Shown: positions 48,968-57,446 of the stretch, one piece after another
Layout of the letters: each line of letters opens with the position of its first letter
Numbering within the stretch: the stretch's first letter is position 1
Assembly (NCBI GenBank): GCA_036565395.1
Contig: DATCNE010000172.1
Location: 1 to 57,446, forward strand
DNA from: Dermatophilaceae bacterium
Lineage (GTDB): Bacteria > Actinomycetota > Actinomycetes > Actinomycetales > Dermatophilaceae
DNA: 57,446 bases
Direction of reading: 5' to 3'
The notes under the pieces: generated by a model
Seen by the model: the letters and a program-made list of their open reading frames with translations, nothing else
What the model was told of the DNA's origin: nothing
Database searches by the model: none
Position numbers and translations under genes: made by a program

Positions 48968-49878
48968 CCACCCCTGACGGGCTGCTCATCGTCGACAAAC
49001 CGGCCGGCTGGACGAGTCACGACGTCGTCGCGCGCTGTCGACGTCTGTGTGGCACCCGAAAGGTCGGGCATGCCGGGACTCTGGACCCGATGGCAACCGG
49101 AGTCCTCGTGCTGGGCATCAATCGCGCCACCAAGCTTCTGACATTCCTCGTCGGCACCGACAAGACCTACACCGCGACGATCCGGCTCGGTCAGTCCACC
49201 ATCACCGATGACGCAGACGGTGAGGTCGCGACCTCCCACGATGTCTCGGGGCTCACCGCCGAGGCGGTTCAGCACGGGGTGGTCGCACTCACCGGCCAGA
49301 TCGCCCAGGTGCCCAGTGCCGTCAGCGCGATCAAGGTGGACGGCCAACGATCGTATGCACGGGTGCGTGCGGGACAGGACGTCGTCCTGCCCGCACGTAC
49401 GGTCACCGTCAGTAGGTTCGACATCCTCGATCAACGGCCGAAAACCGTGCACGGCCATCAGGTCTGGGACCTCGATGTCATCGTCGACGTCTCGTCCGGG
49501 ACGTACGTCCGAGCCCTGGCTCGCGACCTCGGCGCCGCCCTGGGTGTGGGAGGGCACCTCACCGCACTGCGCCGCACCCGTGTCGGTCGGTTCGGGCTGG
49601 ACGTCGCACAGTCGCTCACGGAGCTCGAGATGGCCAGCGAGGTGGACGACATACCGGTGATCACGCTGGCGGACGCGGCGCGGACCTCCTTTGCCGTCCG
49701 CGAGCTGACCGCAGCGGAAGCGACCGCCGTCGGCTACGGACAGCGCATCGCGTCGCTCTCCGGGGGCCACGACGAGCTGGTTGCCGCCTTCGCACCGGAG
49801 GGGCACCTGGTGGCCATGCTTGACGAGAGCGGCTCACTGGCCAAGGCCCGCGTCGTGTTCGCGCCCTCGGGTTCGTAG
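48964..49878 (+). CDS. truB: tRNA pseudouridine(55) synthase
   Basis: [17 protein letters not shown] and [23 protein letters not shown] overlap with rbfA. Confidence 0.95.
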   Translation: MTTPDGLLIVDKPAGWTSHDVVARCRRLCGTRKVGHAGTLDPMATGVLVLGINRATKLLTFLVGTDKTYTATIRLGQSTITDDADGEVATSHDVSGLTAEAVQHGVVALTGQIAQVPSAVSAIKVDGQRSYARVRAGQDVVLPARTVTVSRFDILDQRPKTVHGHQVWDLDVIVDVSSGTYVRALARDLGAALGVGGHLTALRRTRVGRFGLDVAQSLTELEMASEVDDIPVITLADAARTSFAVRELTAAEATAVGYGQRIASLSGGHDELVAAFAPEGHLVAMLDESGSLAKARVVFAPSGS

Positions 49879-49879
49879 A

Positions 49880-50857
49880 GTGTCCCTCGTGCTGCGATGG
49901 ACCGACCTCTCCCAGATCCCCCAGGGCTACGGCCCGAGCGTGGTGACGCTGGGCAACTTCGACGGCGTGCACAAGGGTCATCAGGCCGTGTTGGCCACCG
50001 TCGTCCAGAAGGCCCGCGACCGTGGCCCAGATGGCACTCACGCCGTTGCGGTGACGTTCCAGCCACACCCCGTCGCTGTCCTTCACCCTGAGCGCGCGCC
50101 GCAGATCATCACGTCCCCCGAGCAGCGCCTCGAGCTGCTCTCGCGCACCGGGCTCGATGCGGTGCTGGTCATGGAGTTCACCCGCGAGCTCGCCCTGTGG
50201 ACCCCCGAGCGTTTCATCGTCGACGTGTTCGTCAAGGCGCTCGGCGCCAGCCTGGTCGTGGTGGGCGAGGACACCCGATTCGGCGTTCGCAACTCCGGCG
50301 ACGTCCGGACGCTGCGCCAGCTCGGCGCCAAGCACGGCTTCGAGGTTCTCACCCTCACCGACATCGGCGAGGGCGGCCGCTGGTCATCCAGCCGCGTGCG
50401 CGCTCTGGTGACCGCTGGCGACGTGTCAGGGGCGACCGAGATCCTTGGACGCCCACATCGGGTCGCCGGTGAGGTCGTGCATGGCGACCACCGCGGACGC
50501 GAGCTCGGCTACCCCACAGCGAACCTGACTCAGAGCTCGGCGGGACTGACCCCGGCCGACGGCGTCTACGCCGGGTGGCTGGTCCGACCGTCGCTGCCCG
50601 ACCGCCACCCAGATCACAAGCTGCCTGCCGCGATCTCGATCGGGACCAACCCGACCTTCGGGGGCACGCAACGCCGTGTCGAGGCCTACGTCCTGGATCG
50701 CAGCGACCTCGATCTCTACGGTGAGACCGTGTGCGTCGAGTTCGTCGAACGGCTCCGTCCGACCGAGAAGTTCGACTCCATTGAGGCCCTGTTGGCAAAG
50801 ATTGCCGACGACGTCGAGCGCTGTCGGACGGTGCTGTCCTCCATCGCAGCCACCTGA
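49880..50857 (+). CDS. ribF: bifunctional riboflavin kinase / FMN adenylyltransferase
   Basis: VVTLGNFDGVHKGHQ and ELGYPTANL. GTG 49880 is in frame with track ORF 49781, 2 nt after the truB stop. Confidence 0.92.
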   Translation: MSLVLRWTDLSQIPQGYGPSVVTLGNFDGVHKGHQAVLATVVQKARDRGPDGTHAVAVTFQPHPVAVLHPERAPQIITSPEQRLELLSRTGLDAVLVMEFTRELALWTPERFIVDVFVKALGASLVVVGEDTRFGVRNSGDVRTLRQLGAKHGFEVLTLTDIGEGGRWSSSRVRALVTAGDVSGATEILGRPHRVAGEVVHGDHRGRELGYPTANLTQSSAGLTPADGVYAGWLVRPSLPDRHPDHKLPAAISIGTNPTFGGTQRRVEAYVLDRSDLDLYGETVCVEFVERLRPTEKFDSIEALLAKIADDVERCRTVLSSIAAT

Positions 50858-50884
50858 CCCGAACACTGACCTGTCCGTGCCCGC

Positions 50885-52012
50885 ATGACGTCGACGCAGA
50901 CCCGGCCCGCCACCCTGATCTGGTCCCGCTCGGACTGGGGTCTGCTCATCGGTGGCCTCGGGCTCTCCCTCATCGGAGCGCTGTTGGTCTGGTCTGCCAC
51001 GCGCCACCAGTCCGGTTCCACGTACCTCGCACGTCACCTGATCAACACCGGCATCGGCCTTGGCCTGGCGGCAGCGGTCACCCGGGTGGACTTCCGGGGG
51101 CTGCGGGCCTATGCCCCCTGGCTCTATCTCGCATCGGTCGCCGGGTTGGTCCTTGTCCTCACGCCGCTCGGCTCCACGATCAACGGCTCGCACTCGTGGG
51201 TCCGACTGCCGGGCGGGTTCTCCATACAGCCCTCGGAGCTCGCCAAGGTGGCGCTCTGCGTGGGCCTGGCGGTCATCCTCGCCGAGCGGGGTGAACGCGA
51301 CCAGCCACCCTCGCATCGTGACGTCGCGCTCGCGTGGGTCGTGGCCGGCATACCGATCGGCCTGGTCATGCTGCAGCCCGACCTCGGCTCCGCCCTCGTC
51401 CTGGGCGCGCTCGCCGTCGGTGTGATCGCGGTGTCCGGCGCCCCGAAACGCTGGGTGTTCGGGGTTCTGGCCGTGCTGGCGATGGGCATCACCGTGGCCC
51501 TCACCACGCCGGTGCTGAGCCCCTATCAGCGCGACCGGCTGGTCGCCTTCGCCAACCCCTCCGCCGACCCGCAGGGGATCGGCTACCAGACCCGCCAGGT
51601 CCGTATCGCGATCGGTTCCGGCGGGTGGCAGGGCGAGGGTCTGTTTCAGGGCCGTCAGACTCAGGGCGGTTTCATCCCGTTCCAGCAGACCGACTTCGTG
51701 TTCTCGGTGGCAGGGGAGGAGCTCGGCTTCCTGGGTAGTGCGGGGCTGTTGCTGGTCCTCGGCTTCCTGGTCGTGCGCACGCTGATGATCGCGGCCCGGG
51801 CCAAAGACTCCTTCGGCCGACTGGTCGCGATCGGCGTCGCCTGCTGGTTCACCTTCCAGGTCTTCGAGAACGTGGGGATGAACCTGGGCATCATGCCGGT
51901 GACCGGGCTGCCGCTGCCCTTCGTGTCATACGGTGGCTCGAGCATGTTTGCGGGCTGGCTGGCTCTCGGCCTGGTCAACAACGCCCACTTGTCGTCAATT
52001 CGCCGACCGTGA
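50885..52012 (+). CDS. SEDS-family (FtsW/RodA/SpoVE) peptidoglycan polymerase-like membrane protein
   Basis: QPSELAKVAL, LQPDLGSALV, QTDFVFSVAGEELGFLG and LPLPFVSYGGSSM. Confidence 0.88.
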   Translation: MTSTQTRPATLIWSRSDWGLLIGGLGLSLIGALLVWSATRHQSGSTYLARHLINTGIGLGLAAAVTRVDFRGLRAYAPWLYLASVAGLVLVLTPLGSTINGSHSWVRLPGGFSIQPSELAKVALCVGLAVILAERGERDQPPSHRDVALAWVVAGIPIGLVMLQPDLGSALVLGALAVGVIAVSGAPKRWVFGVLAVLAMGITVALTTPVLSPYQRDRLVAFANPSADPQGIGYQTRQVRIAIGSGGWQGEGLFQGRQTQGGFIPFQQTDFVFSVAGEELGFLGSAGLLLVLGFLVVRTLMIAARAKDSFGRLVAIGVACWFTFQVFENVGMNLGIMPVTGLPLPFVSYGGSSMFAGWLALGLVNNAHLSSIRRP

Positions 52013-52076
52013 GCCTGCCCTGAGCACTAGTGTCGTGATTCACGACTGCGTAGGACCACCACACCCAGGAGAGACC

Positions 52077-53912
52077 ATGGCTTTCTCGGCCAGCGACGAG
52101 CAGAACGACCTCTCCCTCATCGAGAATCGGGCCCGTTCGGTGGCCCATCTGTTCGTCGACCGGGTGGCGAAGTCCCCTGAGGATGAGGCCTTCCGGTTCC
52201 CGCAGGCAGAGGCCTGGGAGTCGGTCACCTGGACGCAGACCGATGCCCGGGTACGCCGGCTGGCTGCCGGTCTGCTGGCCTTGGGCATCGAGTCGGAGCA
52301 GCGAGTGGCGCTGGCGTCGAGCACCCGGTACGAGTGGGTCATTGCCGACCTGGCCGTCATGTTGGCCGGCGCCGCAACGACCACGATCTATCCCACGACC
52401 TCCGCCGTCGACGTGACCTACATCGTCAGCGACTCCCAGAGCCGTCTCGTGTTCGCCGAGGATGACACCCAGATCGTCAAGCTGCGCGCCAACCGCGCTC
52501 AGCTGCCCGAGGTGGTCAAGGTCATCACCTTCGACGGAACGGCCGATGGCGACTGGGTCATCTCCCTGGCCGATCTGGAGCAGCTGGGCGCCGACCACCT
52601 GGCCCGGGTGCCGTCCGCCGTGGATGACCGGATCGACGCCATCAAGCCGCAGCATCTCGCCACGCTCATCTACACCTCGGGAACGACCGGGCTGCCCAAA
52701 GGAGTTCGGCTCTCCCACGACTGCTGGACCTACGAGGTGGCGGCGGTCGACGCGGTCGGCATTCTCTCGCAGGACGACCTGCAGTACCTCTGGCTGCCGT
52801 TGGCCCACGTGCTCGGCAAGATCCTGCTCACCATCCCGCTGCAGATCGGCATCCCCACCGCGCTCGACGGGCGGGTGGACAAGATCGTGGACAACCTGGC
52901 CGTCATCTCCCCGACCTTCATGGGAGCGGCACCGCGCATCTTCGAAAAGGCCTACAACCGGATCACGACCATGATGGCCGGCGAGGGCGGGGCGAAGGCC
53001 AAGCTCTTCGAGTGGGCCATCGGCGTCGGCCATCGGGTTGCCGCCCTGCGCGCTGACGGGGCCAAACCCTCTGGCCTGTTGGCCGTCGAGTACGCGCTCG
53101 CGGACAAGCTGGTCCTGCACAAGGTCCGTGCCCGGTTCGGCGGCAAGATCAGGTTCTTCATCTCCGGGTCGGCAGCACTCAACCGCGAGGTGGCCGAATG
53201 GTTCGACGCCGCAGGCATGCTCATCCTTGAGGGCTACGGCCTGACCGAGTCCAGCGCCGCGTCCTTCGTCAACCGGCCGCACGCCTACGCCTTCGGGAGC
53301 GTCGGCTGGCCGTTGCCCGGCACCGACGTCCGCATTGCCGAGGACGGGGAGATCCTGCTCAAGGGTCCGGGCATCATGGCGGGCTATCACAACTTGCCCG
53401 AGGACTCTGCTTTGTCCGTCGACGTCGACGGATGGTTGCACACGGGTGACATCGGCAACCTGGACGAGCGCGGGTTCCTGCGCATCACCGACCGCAAGAA
53501 AGACATGTTCAAGACCTCCGGCGGCAAGTACATCGCCCCGTCCGTGATCGAGACGATGTTCAAGAGCGTGTGTCCCTATGCCAGTCAGCTGATCATCCAC
53601 GGCGACGGGCGCAACTTCGTGTCCGCACTCATCACTCTTGACGCCGACGCCATCGTCGGATGGGCGGCCGAGAACGACATGGCCGACAAGTCGTATGCCG
53701 AGATCGTCACCTCGCCCGCGGCGCGCGAGATGGTTCAGGGCTACGTCGACGAGCTCAACGCCAAGCTGAACCGTTGGGAGACCATCAAGAAGTTCCTCAT
53801 CCTGCCGCGGGACCTCTCGATCGACGACGGCGATCTGACCCCGAGCATGAAGCTCAAACGCAAGATCGTGGCCGACAAGTTCAAGGGTGAGCTGGACGCG
53901 CTCTACTCTTGA
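52077..53912 (+). CDS. AMP-dependent long-chain acyl-CoA ligase (FadD-like)
   Basis: LIYTSGTTGLPKGVRLSH, GYGLTESS, TGDIG and KKDMFKTSGGKYIAP. ATG 52077 follows AGGAGAG. Confidence 0.88.
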   Translation: MAFSASDEQNDLSLIENRARSVAHLFVDRVAKSPEDEAFRFPQAEAWESVTWTQTDARVRRLAAGLLALGIESEQRVALASSTRYEWVIADLAVMLAGAATTTIYPTTSAVDVTYIVSDSQSRLVFAEDDTQIVKLRANRAQLPEVVKVITFDGTADGDWVISLADLEQLGADHLARVPSAVDDRIDAIKPQHLATLIYTSGTTGLPKGVRLSHDCWTYEVAAVDAVGILSQDDLQYLWLPLAHVLGKILLTIPLQIGIPTALDGRVDKIVDNLAVISPTFMGAAPRIFEKAYNRITTMMAGEGGAKAKLFEWAIGVGHRVAALRADGAKPSGLLAVEYALADKLVLHKVRARFGGKIRFFISGSAALNREVAEWFDAAGMLILEGYGLTESSAASFVNRPHAYAFGSVGWPLPGTDVRIAEDGEILLKGPGIMAGYHNLPEDSALSVDVDGWLHTGDIGNLDERGFLRITDRKKDMFKTSGGKYIAPSVIETMFKSVCPYASQLIIHGDGRNFVSALITLDADAIVGWAAENDMADKSYAEIVTSPAAREMVQGYVDELNAKLNRWETIKKFLILPRDLSIDDGDLTPSMKLKRKIVADKFKGELDALYS

Positions 53913-53916
53913 ACGC

Positions 53917-55932
53917 ATGCCAGAGAGCCTGCGCACCACCGATTGCCTCGGCGTCTCCCTCTTTCATCGCCTGGAGCCGCTGCTGGAACAGGTGAGCAAA
54001 CCGATCCAGTACGTCGGCGGCGAGCTCAACTCCACGGTCAAGGACTGGGACTGCGGCGGGTTCGGTCCGGGTGGCGAGGAGCTGACGGCGCGGTGGGCCT
54101 TGATGTACCCCGATGCCTACGAGATCGGTCTGCCCAACCAGGGCGTCATGATCCTGTACGAGGTCATCAACGAGTGCCCGGACGCCCTGGCCGAGCGCAC
54201 GTACTCCGTGTGGCCGGACATGGAGGCGCTGCTGCGCACCGAGGGCATCTCCCAGTTCACGGTTGACGGGCACCGCGCGCTGCGTGACTTCGACCTGTTC
54301 GGTGTCTCGTTCTCCACCGAGCTCGGCTACACCAACATGCTCACGGCCCTGGACCTGGCCGGCATACCGCTGCACGCTCACGATCGGGGGGACGACGACC
54401 CGATCGTCATCGCCGGCGGACACGCGGCGTTCAACCCCGAGCCGGTGTCCGACTTCATCGACGCGGCGATCGTGGGCGACGGCGAGCAGGCAGTCCTTCA
54501 GGTGACCGAGCTGCTCACGACCTGGAAGGCCCAGGGGCGTCCGGGCGGCCGCCACGAGCTGCTGTTGCGCCTCGCCCGCACGGGTGGCGTCTACGTGCCC
54601 GCCTTCTACGACGTCGACTACCTCCCCGACGGCCGGATCAAGCGGGTGGCCCCCGCGACCGCTGAGCGGGGTATTCCGTGGCGCGTCGCCAAGCACACTG
54701 TCATGGATCTGGATGCCTGGCCCTACCCGAAGCAGCCGCTCGTGCCGTTGGCCGAGAGCGTGCACGAGCGGATGTCGGTCGAGATCTTCCGTGGCTGCAC
54801 CCGTGGCTGCCGCTTCTGTCAGGCCGGGATGATCACTCGTCCTGTCCGCGAGAGATCCATCACCGGTATCGGTGAGATGGTCGAAAGAGGTTTGGCAGCA
54901 ACCGGATTCGAAGAGGTCGGGCTCCTCTCGCTGTCCAGCGCCGACCATTCCGAGATCGCCGAGATCGCCAAGGGCCTGGCCGACCGTTACGAGGGCACCC
55001 AGACCGGCCTGTCGCTGCCGTCCACACGCGTCGACGCCTTCAACATCGACTTGGCCAACGAGCTGAACCGGGGTGGTCGCCGCTCGGGCCTCACGTTCGC
55101 GCCCGAGGGCGGTTCCGAGCGCATTCGCAGGGTGATCAACAAGACGGTCAGCGAGGACGACCTGATCAACACCGTCGCCGCCGCCTTCTCGTCCGGCTGG
55201 CGCAACGTGAAGCTGTACTTCATGTGCGGCCTGCCGACCGAGACCGACGAGGACGTGCTGCAGATCGCCGACCTGGCCAAGCGGGTCATCGAGACTGGGC
55301 GACGGGTCAGCGGCCAGCGCGACATCCGCTGCACCGTGTCGATCGGGGGGTTCGTGCCCAAGCCGCACACGCCGTTCCAGTGGTGCGCCCAGCTCGGTGC
55401 CGAGGAGACGGACGCGCGACTGCAGAAGCTGCGCGACGTGATCCGGGCGGACAAGCGTTATGCGTCGGCCATCGGATTCCGTTACCACGATGGCAAGCCC
55501 GGCATCGTCGAAGGGCTGTTGTGTCGCGGTGACCGTCGCGTCGGCAAGGTCATCGAGGCGGCATGGCGTGACGGCGCCCGGTTCGACGGCTGGAGCGAAC
55601 ACTTCAGCTACGAACGCTGGATGCGCGCTGCCGCAACGGGTCTGGCGGACGAGCCGGTCGACGTTGACTGGTACACGACGCGTGAGCGCGAGCAGAACGA
55701 GGTTCTGCCCTGGGACCACATCGACTCCGGCCTCGACAAGGACTGGCTGTGGCAGGACTGGCAGGACGCCCTCAGTGACGTCGAGGTCGAGGACTGCCGA
55801 TGGACCCCGTGCTTCGACTGTGGCGTCTGCCCGCAGATGGACACCGCGGTCGAGGTCGGGCCAACGGGCAAGCGGCTCCTGCCCCTCACCGTGGTTAACG
55901 CCGGTAAGGACCAGCTGCTCGAGACCCGCTGA
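53917..55932 (+). CDS. TIGR03960-like B12-binding-domain radical SAM protein
   Basis: KPIQYVGGELNS N-terminal motif and radical SAM cluster motif CTRGCRFCQAG. About 670 aa. Confidence 0.85.
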   Translation: MPESLRTTDCLGVSLFHRLEPLLEQVSKPIQYVGGELNSTVKDWDCGGFGPGGEELTARWALMYPDAYEIGLPNQGVMILYEVINECPDALAERTYSVWPDMEALLRTEGISQFTVDGHRALRDFDLFGVSFSTELGYTNMLTALDLAGIPLHAHDRGDDDPIVIAGGHAAFNPEPVSDFIDAAIVGDGEQAVLQVTELLTTWKAQGRPGGRHELLLRLARTGGVYVPAFYDVDYLPDGRIKRVAPATAERGIPWRVAKHTVMDLDAWPYPKQPLVPLAESVHERMSVEIFRGCTRGCRFCQAGMITRPVRERSITGIGEMVERGLAATGFEEVGLLSLSSADHSEIAEIAKGLADRYEGTQTGLSLPSTRVDAFNIDLANELNRGGRRSGLTFAPEGGSERIRRVINKTVSEDDLINTVAAAFSSGWRNVKLYFMCGLPTETDEDVLQIADLAKRVIETGRRVSGQRDIRCTVSIGGFVPKPHTPFQWCAQLGAEETDARLQKLRDVIRADKRYASAIGFRYHDGKPGIVEGLLCRGDRRVGKVIEAAWRDGARFDGWSEHFSYERWMRAAATGLADEPVDVDWYTTREREQNEVLPWDHIDSGLDKDWLWQDWQDALSDVEVEDCRWTPCFDCGVCPQMDTAVEVGPTGKRLLPLTVVNAGKDQLLETR

Positions 55933-55983
55933 CCGGCGAGAATTACGCTTTTCTGCGTATTCCTTGGTACATAATTTGCGCCC

Positions 55984-56039
55984 TATGGTGGAGAGACATC
56001 TACGTCATACGGTGGCGCAGCATCTACGTCATACGGTGG
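55984..56039 (+). promoter_or_regulatory. phased direct repeats: 19-bp CATCTACGTCATACGGTGG x2 (55997..56015, 56021..56039) plus a third TATGGTGG core at 55984; cores spaced exactly 24 bp
   Basis: Read directly. Lies in the A/T-richer 195-nt gap upstream of the GH114-like gene (ATG 56128). Confidence 0.45.
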
Positions 56040-56127
56040 ATCACCGGGGTGTCAGAGGTTGTGGCGCCCCCTTTCCCTTGCGCAGTTCGCCGCCTCCGCC
56101 CAACCCTTCACGAAGGAGTCCTCGACA

Positions 56128-57381
56128 ATGAACGGCCGTCACAAACGTTCCTTGACCATGAATTGTCCTTACAGATGTGTTGTAGCGTTCTCGGCGACCT
56201 TGGTCGCGGTTGGTGCCCTGGCGGGCGTGGCGCCTGTGATCGCGTCAAGCGGGCTTCCAGCCGCGGCCGCGACGGTGACCACGTCCGGTGGTTTCACGTC
56301 ACTTGACCCATATCGATTGTTGGACACCCGTACTGGGGCGGGCGCGGTCGCGCCGGGCGGCACGCTGCACGTTCAAGTCGCCGGGCTTGGAGGGGTACCG
56401 ACCTCCGGGGTGTCGTCGGTGCAGTTGAATGTGACGCTCACCCAGCCGACCAGATCCGGGTACCTGACCGTGTACGCCGACGAGACTGCCCGACCGGGAA
56501 CGTCCACCCTGAGCTTCGTCAAGGCCCAGACGGTGACAAAACTGATCAGCACGCCGGTCGGCGTGAACGGCAAGGTCGCAATGTACAACGGCTCGCGCGG
56601 CACCGTCCAGATTGTCGCCGACGTCTCTGGATACACCCTCTCCGACAGCCCTGTCCCCGTCCCTGTCCCCGTCCCTAGCCCTAGCCAATGGGTGCCGGCG
56701 GTCGGCGGTGCCTGGCAGATCCAGTACACGGGCACGCTGGACACCAGTGTCAACGTCCCGACGTACGACCTCGACGGCTTCGACACCACAGCCAGCACGG
56801 TCACCACCCTGCGCGCCGCTGGCCATCACGCCATCTGCTACATCAGCGCCGGGAGCTGGGAGGACTGGCGCCCCGATGCCGCCAGCTACCCCAGCAGCGT
56901 CCTCGGCAGTAGTAACGGCTGGCCTGGTGAGCGCTGGGTCGACATCCGACAGATCAGTGCCCTCAAACCCATCATGGACAGCCGCCTGGACATGTGCCGC
57001 AGCAAGGGCTTCGAAGCTGTTGACCCCGACAACGTCGACGGCTACACCAACAACAGCGGCTTCCCCCTGACCGCCGCCGATCAGTTGGCATTCAACCGCT
57101 GGATGGCCGCCGAGGCCCACACCTACGGACTGTCAGTTGGGCTGAAGAACGACCTTGACCAGGTCCCCGACCTCGTCGGTAGCTACGATTTCGCCGTCAA
57201 CGAGCAGTGCAACCAGTACAAGGAGTGCGCCGCCCTAAACCCCTTCATCAGCGCTGGCAAGGCGGTCCTGCAAATCGAGTACATAGGGGACCCCAGCCAG
57301 ATATGCCCAGTCTCGCTGAGTTCCGGATTCTTGACCCTGTTCAAGAATCTGAGCCTCGACGCTTGGCGGCAGGCATGCTGA
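56128..57381 (+). CDS. secreted two-domain protein: N-terminal beta-sandwich-like domain of unknown function, (Pro-Val)n linker, C-terminal GH114 endo-alpha-1,4-polygalactosaminidase-like domain
   Basis: ATG 56128 follows GAAGGAG, with a signal peptide. C-terminal domain has YDLDGFD, AICYISAGSWEDWRPD, WPGERWVDIR, GFEAVDPDNVDGY and GLSVGLKND. Confidence 0.8.
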   Translation: MNGRHKRSLTMNCPYRCVVAFSATLVAVGALAGVAPVIASSGLPAAAATVTTSGGFTSLDPYRLLDTRTGAGAVAPGGTLHVQVAGLGGVPTSGVSSVQLNVTLTQPTRSGYLTVYADETARPGTSTLSFVKAQTVTKLISTPVGVNGKVAMYNGSRGTVQIVADVSGYTLSDSPVPVPVPVPSPSQWVPAVGGAWQIQYTGTLDTSVNVPTYDLDGFDTTASTVTTLRAAGHHAICYISAGSWEDWRPDAASYPSSVLGSSNGWPGERWVDIRQISALKPIMDSRLDMCRSKGFEAVDPDNVDGYTNNSGFPLTAADQLAFNRWMAAEAHTYGLSVGLKNDLDQVPDLVGSYDFAVNEQCNQYKECAALNPFISAGKAVLQIEYIGDPSQICPVSLSSGFLTLFKNLSLDAWRQAC

Positions 57382-57446
57382 CCTGAGCACGCACCAACGC
57401 GCCGTGACAAGCGCACCCGCTGATGGCGGCGATCGGGCTTCGACCC

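Noticed and set aside
51975-55719. 654-aa and 612-aa minus-strand ORFs
   Set aside because: They are antisense to the acyl-CoA ligase and the radical SAM gene, which carry TSGTTGLPKG and CxxxCxxC motifs on the plus strand. The minus-strand products have no motifs and are Arg/Gly-rich.

Overview
This is a 57.4-kb high-GC chromosomal window with Actinomycetota-type gene order and codon usage: long antisense shadow ORFs, GTG/TTG starts and many ATGA/GTGA stop-start overlaps. I support about 50 protein-coding genes. I found no rRNA, tRNA, CRISPR array, transposase or integrase. All functional calls rest on motif recognition by eye, because no database search was possible. Left to right: (1) 1..10071 is a polyamine module. 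An Lrp-like regulator is translationally coupled to a class-III aminotransferase on the minus strand, divergent from aldehyde dehydrogenase-potDABC-FAD oxidase-agmatinase. (2) 10161..13434 holds three tandem paralogous stand-alone DnaB-C-terminal-domain/RecA-fold ATPases. Each is preceded by the same upstream box and lacks a Shine-Dalgarno. This is my best candidate for an undescribed system. (3) Next come the conserved dxr-M50 protease-ispG-GNAT-proS block, a decayed HAD gene and a TSUP permease. (4) A DUF255/thioredoxin-domain gene has its first ~58 codons plus leader repeated 13.1 kb downstream as a dead fragment. The two ~200-bp direct repeats bracket a self-contained heme-copper oxidase module: SCO, TlpA, CtaB, CtaG, cupredoxin, CoxB, an atypical CoxA, CoxC, a BNR propeller, a membrane-SCO fusion and CcdA. 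(5) An extracytoplasmic CocE/NonD-type hydrolase fused to an ABC ATPase sits with an ABC-2 permease, followed by a CDF exporter, an APH-family kinase and a DUF4439 lipoprotein. (6) rimP-nusA-ylxR-infB-rbfA-truB-ribF follows. (7) The right end has an orphan SEDS protein, an acyl-CoA ligase, a TIGR03960-type radical SAM protein and a secreted GH114-like enzyme with phased direct repeats upstream.
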